NCBI GenBank assembly: GCA_965649825.1
Contig: OZ287707.1
Location: 674,292-738,291 of the forward strand
Direction: 5' to 3'
DNA: 64,000 nt
DNA from: Penicillus capitatus
Taxonomy: Eukaryota > Plantae > Chlorophyta
Shown one piece after another: positions 54,084 through 64,000 of this stretch (the stretch's first letter is position 1; the number at the start of each line of letters is the position of its first letter). A program made the translations under genes and the position numbers. The notes beneath the pieces are model-generated. The model did not search any database. It had not been told where the DNA came from and saw only the letters and a list, made by a program, of their open reading frames with translations.

Positions 54084-54858
54084 TGAAACAGTTTTCTTAA
54101 AACACGTCGTCCTCGCAAACATGTCTTTCCTCCATCGCTTGTTTCATCAAGTGCTAAATCAGTTTCTCGTCGACGCTTTGGCAAACAGGTTTGGCGACAA
54201 TACTTTCCCTGGTCTAAAGGGCCAGTCTTAATGTCTTTGTCAATGGTGTTGCTAGTCGAACGTTCCAGAGGTTTGCAGTCAAGTCGAATCAGATGTTCAA
54301 AGATCTGTCCAAGAACGGATTGGGCTCTGTACAAGACTTCGGACAAGCTTTCAGTGAAGAGGTCATCAGTCACCACCAATCTGTCTTTACAATCCCTGGT
54401 GATGTGACTTGTAGTTCCGGAGGAATCTAATGAAAGAAGGATCGAAAAAGGCAAAGTCGAAATCTTAATCTCTCCGTTTCTGTGACGATTCGCATCTTTA
54501 TTTGTCTCATGTGTAATCTCAGTTTACTGAATGGACAAAGGATTGTACAGCAACAGAGTTTTCAATCAGAGAATACACTCTACGTACAGAAGGCTGAAAG
54601 CAGATGGTGGCATTGTGAAACAATGTGATTATTCTTTTCCGCGATATTTAGACAAACAATTTGAGCTAGAGAAGTCTTGTGACCGAAACGGACAAAAAAA
54701 CCGATTGCACAGAAAGGAGACTATGAGCAAGGCAGTCAGTCTAAACAGTTTGCGGAACAGACGGTTTATGTTCTTCGGAAAAAGAACGGGGATTCAGTTT
54801 TCCGCCTCTTCTTCTATCGTCCGGCCACTGTTGGTAGTCGGCTTCTCCTACAAATCCA

Positions 54859-56949
54859 TCACCTCATCTCCTTCAATTTGAGTGGACGTTTTACTTTTCC
54901 CACTCGGTTTCTCCAGTCCAAGATTTTGCCTTTGATAGAATTGCCGAGCAAATGATGGCTCCAATGCGTTGAGCCCATATGCACGACCAAGCTGTAGGTT
55001 GGCAACATGACAAAACTGATGTGAAAGAACGATCCGGTATTCAGTAACAAGACAAGGATCCAGGTTGTGAAATCCCAATTTCCGTGTTCGTCTTCTCTAT
55101 GGAAGACGCAAGATTTGGCACCGTACTGAATGGCCAGTGATGCCTAGACAAACACCCCCCGTTTAGAACGAACGCTGTGAAGAACAATAACATACCGTGA
55201 TGGCAAAGATAGCGGAGTTGACGAATAGAGTATACCGAACGACTGGCAGCAGAAGTCGTGGCTGACTGAACCAGAATACAGAGGGCTCCAATTTATTGAT
55301 GCGTCCTTCTCGGGTCACGTGGCGCACGACCACAATGAGTTTTGTACAGATCAGTAGAACGGAGCACACGAAGAAGATGGTGCAACCCAGAAATGCCGAT
55401 CCAGAATACATCACTGGTGCCCACAGAGTTTGCACGACGACAAGAGTTACCCACCCAGCCATAGAGATCTTCACAACTTCACAGACATCATCGTCTAGAG
55501 CTTTGACGAGATAGGACATGAAATTGAAATTTTGTGCTCGACGATGCTCCAACATGAACGATGCTCGCATAATACGGAATTCCTTCTGAGTAACGGGGCG
55601 CACGAACTGCTTAAAGAAAGAAATCACCCATTCCGTCTGCCAACGGACCATTATTTTGACTCTGTTGTACACATGACGGATCAACAGACGGACATTCCAA
55701 CGAATGGTGCTTACTTATTATTGTCTTGAGGAACCTCGCCGGCTCTATGAAAGATTCTCAAGACGCTACCCGAGTTTTTGACTGTTTCTGTTCCTCCGTC
55801 TTCTTGTGCGACGACCTCTTGTCCATTGTCTGCGCACTCCCTTCTCACCTCCCTCTCAGCTGCAGGAGTTTGACCGTCGACAGTGATCGCTGTTGGCACT
55901 TCGCTGGAGCGATCCAACGGTTCAAGAGTGACAGATTGCAAACACGATGATACACTGTCAGTAGCAAACATTGCGATTTAGCTATCTCCAATGGATCAGG
56001 AAACGTACCAAAGAGCGTATTTGTCATCATCCAGTTTCCATCTGCGCCAGCGATTCACTCTCATGTTCGCACACAGCACCATGATCACAACGTTCACGAC
56101 GTGAATGACTGTTAGTAGAAAGATGGCAAGATGTGCCTAAGCAATCCTTTATTGCACTGGATCTGTCAGGCCTCACTTCTTTACTTCGTGCAAGACTGCC
56201 GTTGACACCAGGGGCTCTTCGTCTTCGCCGCATTTCGCTTCGCCGCCACCACCCATTAGGCGTCGGTGGTTGAAATCATAAGAGGAGGTATGGTAAGCAG
56301 CATCTTCTTTCTGTTCCTGAAGAGCAAAGTGTTTGGAGACTGTATTGAATGGCATAAATGTTGACATAATCATCATGGTGGTGATTTCCTGTTTCGTACT
56401 CGTGCGACGAAGAATCTTCCCAAAAAGGACAGTGATGTTCTTCTTTGTATTGAGAACTTATGCTTTTCGTATCTTTGAGACACGAATCGCATTCCGGTAC
56501 CTGCTGAATCGACACCCATCGCTCATAATGTGTAAACTTGCTCACTGAGCACAAATACCATGTCTGCCTAAGAAATGCCTTGTCCATGATGCTTACCACA
56601 AATATCGGCCAGATGGTCCTCGATAACGATCAAAATCAAACTGATAAAGCCTACCATCATCACTTCCTGGACGATTGACTTCAAAGCAACCTGGGCGCAT
56701 CTTTGCGTCAAAAAAAACGGAAACTATGTGTTCGACGTTGTCACCTGAAGGCCGTTTCGTCCAAATTTCGCCAGTTGGTGTTCGATGAATTCCAGTCCCT
56801 GTATAACCGACCACCCATGCATTCAGCAAGACTTCCCGGTAGACAGCGCGCTGCACTTTTTCGATGACAAGAGACATTATCAAGAAGAAGGCAAAGACGG
56901 CGCCATAGATGTAAGAGGGGGTCTCGAAGCCGGAAAGGCCATCAGCCAT
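54859..56949 (-). CDS. MLO: MLO-family seven-transmembrane protein
   Basis: FETPSYIYGAVFAFFLIMSLVIEK, ELMLLG-type region, QFVRPV...FRIMRASF...FNFMSYLVKALDDDVCEVVKIS, FWFSQPRLLL, LPTYSLVVHMGS and Trp-containing calmodulin-binding segment ILDWRNRV. Confidence 0.92.
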
Positions 56950-57072
56950 TGTGGGAACAAGTCGATTGGTGTAGCTTCTATTCAACCTGTGCTTTGCGGC
57001 GTGAATTCGTTCACTGAATGTGACATAACGGGTCTTAATTGAATCGGCGCGTTTTGTGCTGCGTTTGGCTTG

Positions 57073-58506
57073 ATGGTCTCGAAGGCGCTGAAATTTCTGA
57101 CGTCTCTTCGCGAAGAGCGTCCAGATTTGGCATCCGCTCTGGACGAGCTCTGTGTTCTGTACGAAGGGAAGCTCTGGCATCAGTTGTCCCTTAAACTCGA
57201 AAACGTGGTTGACGATGCAGGCTTCCAAATTGGCGACACTTTGATCAGCCTCTATCGGCATTTCGTATCAGAATTCGGCGGAAAACTGAATCCGCTGAAA
57301 TTCGTGCAGTTCGCTGTGCGAGTTTCGGAGCGCATCGATAACATCGATGAACGCATGGAGTTTCTCGTGGACGTGCAGGACCACCTGAAGCAAGAGAGCC
57401 ATGTGACGCGTCTCACTGCGTTAATCGAACCGTCTCTCTACGTCCAAATGGCACTCTTGCAAGACAAACTCATCAAAGGCGAGACAGAACAGTGCAAACG
57501 GGCCCTGTCAGAAGCCAAAGAGACCTTAGAGAGTCTTTCGAATGTTCGTGCACTGATAGAGGGCGGTTGGGATGAGAATGGCAAACCTAGGTGGATCCAG
57601 TTGTCAGTGCAAAGGTCTATCATGCCAACTGTCAACTGCATCGTTTGATGAAGCACCATGGAGAGTTCTACAAGGATGCTTTGATGTATCTGGCGTTCAC
57701 CGCCTCCGACAGCATCGAGCCCAGTACAAGAGAAGTACATACACCTTTGTATAGGGTTTATGCTTCCGCAGAGATGCGTTCCAGGCATTGGCTGTGGATA
57801 TCGCTCTTGCTGCATTGCTGGCCGACGATGTTTACAACTTTGGAGAGCTTCTACTGCACCCGATTGTAGTTTTGGGATCCCATTCATTCTGTTTCATTGC
57901 GCGAGAGGTAACTGTGTTAGGTCAATTTGCCAGCCACCTCCCAACACAAATGGCTACACGAGATTCTTGAAGTCTTCAACCGTGGCGACATAAAGAGATT
58001 CGAAGCGATGTGCAAAGCCCACGCAGCAGACATCGAGAAGTTTCCGGAATTGGTCGATAAATTCAATCACGTCCGACAGAAAATCACCATCATGTGTCTC
58101 CTCGATCTCATCTTTCAGTGCGTTCTCGCCTGTCGACTGTGTTTCCATCAACCATCCTGTCTCCCAGTTTGCCGGCTGATGAGCGTCGCATCCCCCTTAA
58201 AGTCATCGGAGAACAGACGAATTTGGACAACGACGGGGTCGAATTTTTGCTGATGCGAGCTTTGTCATTGCATTTGATCGAAGGAACCATCGATCAGGTT
58301 GACGAGTTCGTGCAGGTTTGCTGCTATGCCAGACTCACTGTTGTACAACGGATCGATGTGCTCTGCAGATAACATGGGTCCATCCGCGTGTTCTGACCCA
58401 GCCCGAACTATCCAATCTTCACGATCAAATGAAATCGTGGATCTCGAAAGTTGGAGCCGTTAATCTGGAACTAGAGCAAGAAACGGTTGGTGCAGTGGAA
58501 GCTTGA
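57073..58506 (+). CDS. RPN9: 26S proteasome lid subunit Rpn9/PSMD13
   Basis: LYEGKLWHQLSLKL, FGGKLNPLKFVQF, EFYKDALMYLA, DVYNFGELLLHPI, QKITIMCLLDLIF, EFLLMRALSLHLIEGTIDQVD...VQ|ITWVHPRVL. Confidence 0.97.
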
Positions 58507-58553
58507 AAATCAAGCGACGTTCATTCAGCACGTTTTAATTTGGTTCGTTCTTT

Positions 58554-59435
58554 ATGAAAAGCCGAGAAGCGGCGGGTGCTTCAGATGTTCCGCGTCGTGC
58601 GGCAGCGTACCGTACAGCCAATGTGGCAAAGGAACCTTTCAAGCAATCCATGGAGCGCTGGTATTCGGACTTCGCGCAAGGGTACGACAGCGACGGACGT
58701 CACAAACGCATCGCCGAGCACCTAATCGAGAAACTCGACGTTCGAGAAGGCGATCGAATCCTGGACATCGCCACCGGTACAGGCCTGGCAGGATTCGCTG
58801 CACTGCGGAAGGCGGGGCAAAGCGGATCGCTGGTGGCCGTCGACATCTCGCCGGAGATGCTAGAAGTGGCCGCGCGCGATGCCGAATCGGAGGGGTTGCA
58901 GAATGCGGAGTTCGTCCTCTGCGATGCGCAGTACCTCGATCTGCCGGAGGAGAGCTTCGACGACCTGATCTGTTCCTCGGCAATAGACCTTTTTCCAGAT
59001 GCTGAGTGGACGTTACGGTACTGGAAGGGATTCTTGGTATCTGGTGGCCGTTTAGCTGTCCACTGTTTTCATGAAAACTCCTTTGTCGCCGGAAAACTGA
59101 TTCAGACGGTGGCGGCAGAGCGCGGGGTGGAGCTCGTTTTGAGGGAACCTACAGGTACAGCTGAAAAATGTCGCAGATTGCTGGAGAATGCTGGCTACGA
59201 TTCCATCGCGATCGACGAGGTTACAGGAGGAAAATACCAAACATTAGAGAGATTCATGACGCTGTGGGAAACAATGATCGACCACCCGAAGGTGCAGCTG
59301 CCGACTCGGATTCCGGACGCTGCCGATCTCGATGCCATGAGAGAGCGCTACCGCGAAATGGTGAAGGGCCTCGAAACGGAGGAGGGAATCTGGGACGAGG
59401 ACATGATCATGTACGTCTACGCTCGCAAGCCGTGA
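58554..59435 (+). CDS. Class I SAM-dependent methyltransferase, intronless, bacterial (cyanobacteria-like) type
   Basis: RILDIATGTG (motif I), VAVDISPEML, EFVLCDAQYL, FDDLICSSA, LVSGGRL, ...PTGTAEKC..LLENAG..., EEGIWDE...YVYARK. The start could be 58554 or a downstream ATG. Confidence 0.93.
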   Translation: MKSREAAGASDVPRRAAAYRTANVAKEPFKQSMERWYSDFAQGYDSDGRHKRIAEHLIEKLDVREGDRILDIATGTGLAGFAALRKAGQSGSLVAVDISPEMLEVAARDAESEGLQNAEFVLCDAQYLDLPEESFDDLICSSAIDLFPDAEWTLRYWKGFLVSGGRLAVHCFHENSFVAGKLIQTVAAERGVELVLREPTGTAEKCRRLLENAGYDSIAIDEVTGGKYQTLERFMTLWETMIDHPKVQLPTRIPDAADLDAMRERYREMVKGLETEEGIWDEDMIMYVYARKP

Positions 59436-59710
59436 CGAGCACTATCGTAACGGCATTACACAAAGCTGTTTTTGCACCTCATGTTGCTAGAACCGCACGG
59501 GGATGCGCGACGTGATGGCCGTCGGCATCCATCAAAGGACATAGTAGAAACAGGGCAGACTGGCACGGTGTCATGCTTCGGCTTGATGGGACACACCGAG
59601 CACAGCGCCGACAAAGTACATGCAGAACAAAAATGAAAAGTCAGTGCGAGTTAGCACTTTCAAAACTGGTTAACGAAGCAACAGCCGCAGACGTCTCCAG
59701 GAAGGCGGCC

Positions 59711-60425
59711 TCATGCGTTCACCTTCTTCTTCAGGTAGGGATCGCCGCCCGCCAGATCGAACTGGGGCGTGTACGTGTGTCTCCCAAACTCCTTCTCTGC
59801 CTCTCTGGCCATCTCGTTCAGGTGCGCCGAGGAGAACTTTCTCCACCTGCCACGCATGACTCAGCCGACGCGATCGACCGACGCACGTCGCCTCACCACT
59901 TGTCTCGTCTGAACAGCGTCTCGGTGGCCTTGTGGGTCGGCGACACATCGCTCTCCTGCACGAACGCACATTCAGGCGATCCCTCGAAAGGAGCTGTGTG
60001 CCGCACGGTGTCGTCCGAGTCGCCGGACTCGATGTGCGAGGCGTCTCTCCCGTCCGAGAACGCTTCCTGCAGCTTCTGGATTACAAAAACGCTGGGCGCC
60101 GACTTGCGCGACAGCTCAGGGCGCCCTAGACAGCTCTATTCGCTCTCCGCCGCCCGCGCGCTGCCGCACCTGTGGGCAGAGCCATGGTCCTTCCCTCGAC
60201 GGACTTTCGCTTGGCTATCTGCGCGCCCTTCTCCAACGACCTAACAACACTACAGCCTCAGCGCCCCGCGCCAGCCGAAGACCGAGGCGCGGTACATGAT
60301 TTCTTCGCGCAGTTCTTCCGGCAACCCTACAGGCCACACGCGTCGAGCGGGCGAATTGGCGACCGCGGCGTACCCAGCTGCGGCTTCATTGGTTCAGAAT
60401 CCCATCCTGGCAACAAACTTCCCAT
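59711..60425 (-). CDS. Conserved green-lineage uncharacterised protein (MGSL..GWDS family); not visible in the ORF track
   Basis: Four GT-AG introns splice in consistent phase to MGSLLPGWDSEPMKPQLG|LPEELREEIM|SLEKG...MALPTG|RPELSRKS...LFRRDK|WRKFSSAHLNEMARE...KKKVNA*. The ends resemble (from memory) plant proteins starting MGSLMAGWDS with a W..S.WAFLNE motif. Confidence 0.8.
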
Positions 60426-61806
60426 CGTCGAACAGAATGTGTTGTATGGAACAAGACAAACGTAGATAGAAACACAACAATGCGGAACACGTATTCAGTC
60501 CAGAGAATGCGCCTGAAGATATTGTTTATACGGTTGTATACGGTAACTGAGTCTGTCGCGCCGCATTTCCAACACAGGAGATCGAAGAAGGGAAAAGCTC
60601 TAGAATCGTGAGTTCGGGTCATAGAAGAAAAACTCAAACAACAGTACGATTAAGGGACGTGGAGTGAAAACAGATCCCGAAGTACAATGCGTGCATTTCC
60701 TAGGGCCCCGCAAAATCCATCCTGCATAAAAGAAAGAGAGAGTTTGTTCGAGGTCACCATGTCGACGAGCGAAGCTATCGGCGAAGGAAGAAGCAAGTGT
60801 GATGTCACAATGTGCATGTCAGTGGGTTGAACTGCCATGCGCATCAAGCAAAACTTTTGAATGCCATCGTAACCGGGTAACGAAAATCCTCCTTCTGAAC
60901 GATCGAGTTTTGAAAACTAAGTTTACGCAGTGATGCCGAGAAATCTTCTCCTCCAAGACATTTTGATGAAGGAGAACGGTGCGTAAGAAGAGTATGCATC
61001 GGCATAGCTTCTGGCACTATAGCACTATCAATCAGGATGGGAGCGTCGACGATACGCGAGGTCTCCGAAGAGGCGGTCATGGTACAGCTATATGCTGTTA
61101 TTCCACGGATCCAGCATGGCTGAATCAGTTTCGTCGGCTTGAGGCGATTGAATCTTAGCTTTACATTTAAGTAACACCGTCATCGATTTTCCGATTTTTA
61201 TACGACGACATGGTCAAGGGCATCGTCGCATGTGACTGGAAGCATGCGGCATCTTCGATCGTATATGTTTTGCACGAATGTGCGTTACACTTGAATTGGG
61301 GCGGTACTCGATTTTACCGTTCACGAAGACGGATTCGATCACATCTCAGAGCGATCGGGGTGAATCTGGAGCACAATTCGCTACGGAGTTTGGCCAAGTC
61401 GACGTTTAGATTTAAACTGTTGACGGTAGCTCTTTACACACTTATGGTCCTCTACGAAATCGCCGCGATTTATATCCTGTCCGTTTAGGAGTACATTTGT
61501 GGATAGGCTACAGAAATGCATGATATCAGCGAATAGAGAAGAATAGAGGACGAACGTGGCCCTTTTAAAGCACGTTCTTGAGTCATAAAAAGGCCACATA
61601 GAAGAAGGGGATACGGATGCTGTCCCATAGCACCTTGCTACAGTGATGCAAACCCACTAACACAACAGCTACACAGGCAAGATGATTATATCTACCGACA
61701 CAACAATCGTACGCTCTCAAAAATCACAGTCCTGCATTCCTATTCCATCTGTGGTGAATTTGTATATCAACCGGACAAATCAATATCGTACAGAAAAAGC
61801 ATCCCC

Positions 61807-63794
61807 CTATTTTGTATCTAAACAAGTAGATTCACTGGTCTCTTGCCCAACGAAAGAGTGCGTTTCGCATAGATTGGCCTGATAGAGCAAATAAGTCTCT
61901 TTATTAAGACGGTGCATCCCATGGAAGACATAGATCAACGAATAGATCGGAATCCACGGAATACATCGAATGAATGCTGCAGTCCTTGTCGAGAGAGCCA
62001 GATGCACATACGACACCACAGTCACAGGAGATAAGAGGTTGCAATGGTAGATTAAAGATGAATGACTGGAAGATCACCGGCAGAGGCATAACGGACAACT
62101 CCACGAGAGTAAATCCACCTGATCGATCGGAGACGGATCTCCTACAGAGAGACAATGAGCGGAACACACCTATCGATAGCATCCATAGCCAGAGAGGCCA
62201 ATCGTATTCGATCGAGAGTCTTTCGAAGATGCTCACAGCGATGAGCAACACGAGACGCAACGTCAGAGAGCGAAGGTTGTTGGATGGGACATCGCTGGGG
62301 CAGGGCAATCTCTCCACCCTCACGCATCTGCAACGATACAGTCGACGTTCTTTATCCGTTGGTGGAGAAGAATCCGAACCTGTTTCAGATGGACGCCAAA
62401 GGAATAACGGCGTGGACGCACTGAACGATAAAGGAAAGCATAGGGAGCAAGGCATGGATATCGAAGAACAAAGCAAAGAGAGTACCAAGAGTTCCCATAA
62501 CCAATGTCGCTGTCAAAGGGGTTTCTGTTGCTCGATACACCGATGCCTAAATATCTGTCCCACTCTGAATACGGAAAGGCTTGCACTTACAAGCTGATGT
62601 CACAGAGAACCGTTTTCTCCTAAAACCTTAGCAAACGACTGGCATCACATAACATGATGAACACTGTCGTCGACATGACGCACATAGAACAGAACGAAAC
62701 AGTACGACCTGCACAGTTCCATTTCAGCCGAATGAAGGCGGAAGAAAAGGACGTGTCAACATCGATGGCTTATACCTATCCATTTCATCGATCCTATCGA
62801 ACACAGTTTGTCTAGAGTGTGCCCACGAAACGATGCCGATGAATGCCGTTGCTAAGAGGCTATACAGAATGATGCAGACGACAAGGCAGACAACGATTGC
62901 TATGGGCAGATTTCTAGATGGATTCTGTGCATCTTCAGCGACACTTGCGAGGGAGTCAAATCCGAGGTAGGCATAGTAGAGAAGAGAGACTCCACGACAT
63001 ATCGTCGTCACCTTGGCGTCCTTCGGAAAGAAAAGCATGTAGTTTTGGACGTCCACATTGGGAATGGCGGCCACAAAGATGAGACGATGACCGTTGTTAT
63101 ACTGATTGCTATGGTGATGCCAGTTACCGTAAAGATGCTCGAACGCCATATGCCAGCAGAAGGGTCGACATCGCTGTGAATGCAGCTCTGAGGTCATCGA
63201 TCGCCACTTCGTCCGTATGATTGAATCAGATGACCAGAGTTTCGTGATCAATGCCTAAGGACGTCGAGATATAACCAGTGAATCCCTTCATCATTGCTCC
63301 ATGAAAGACGACGTATGCAAACAGAAAACTGCTGGCGACTGACCTAAAACGCGGCACCATCATGTGTGTATTGAGGGAGGTCGAAACCAGCCAGGGAATT
63401 CGCCGAACACAAGATCGATGTACATACAGCACGAACCAGCGATCGGCACATCTGCTGCAAATTGTGCATAAACGAGAGAGCAGAAGAGGGCGGCGATGCC
63501 AGCCAATCCATAAGAGAGGATGATGGCAGGTTCTGTCTTCACATGCCACCTCTCATGTCACGACGAAAAGGCCAGAGCCGATCACGGATCCCAATCCAAA
63601 CATGACTTAGGTCGGCATCCAATACGCAACGAACGGTCGGCGTTCGAGACGTCCATAGGGCGACGTCTTACCACATCCAATGGACCGAGTAATCGTTTGA
63701 GCTTCGTCGATAGTGAGGCTTTGGCAACCATGTCATCGACGGAGGCACAGCGAAAAGCTTTATCGCGAAAAGTCGCCCAGAAATTTGAAATCAT
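61807..63794 (-). pseudogene. Cationic amino-acid transporter (APC/CAT family) with in-frame stops and frameshifts
   Basis: LKRLLGPLDV|MFGLGSVIGSGLFVVT*, PAIILSYGLAGIAALF...YAQFA, AYLGFDSLASVAEDAQNPSRNLPIAI, TPLTATL, IRCIPWIP. In-frame TGA at 63553-55, 63226-28 and 62385-87; apparent 1-nt deletions near 63130 and 63082. 3' end approximate. Confidence 0.75.
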
Positions 63795-64000
63795 CGTGTC
63801 GGGTTGCCACGGGGAGGATCAAATCGGCGACGCCTGAGGTGCCGTGCGGACGAAGTCGGTCAAGAAATCGACCTTCTCGGAGGCAATTTCGATGCGTTTC
63901 TTGTGTCTTGTATACTTTGTCGTGCGATTGGGACCCTTTGGAATAAATGGATCTTCGTATGCTTCGACTGTATTTTCGTCTAACATACGCGACTTGTAAG

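Noticed and set aside
59573-60244. 223-aa plus-strand ORF
   Set aside because: It is the antisense shadow of the five-exon minus-strand gene at 59711-60425.
61974-62597. 207-aa plus-strand ORF
   Set aside because: It is antisense to transmembrane-coding exons of the CAT transporter copy and has no independent support.

Overview
Gene-dense eukaryotic nuclear DNA from a chlorophyte green alga. The CP26/Lhcb5 protein at the left edge is clearly of the Chlamydomonas type; a ulvophyte/Bryopsidales-like lineage is only a guess. The standard genetic code is used. I reconstructed by eye about 31 protein-coding genes plus one multiply disrupted amino-acid transporter copy. Most genes are split by short introns of about 45-65 nt, so the ORF track shows only fragments. 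No rRNA, tRNA, CRISPR array or recognisable mobile element was seen. The main unusual features: (1) non-canonical GC-AG introns are unusually frequent, with 13 located, most forced by conserved protein motifs and often with weak donor context; (2) genes are packed in head-to-head pairs whose start codons can be only 49-85 bp apart, with stop codons 30-36 bp apart in tail-to-tail pairs; (3) a tandem pair of very acidic multi-DOMON heme proteins (one secreted, one fused to cytochrome b561) shows patchwork identity; (4) an intronless cyanobacterial-like methyltransferase starts 47 bp after the RPN9 stop; (5) several divergent or orphan proteins are present (WRKYGRK variant, degenerate SDR, possible CYTH-like protein). 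Exon boundaries and family calls come from manual reading and memory of the families, not from database searches.
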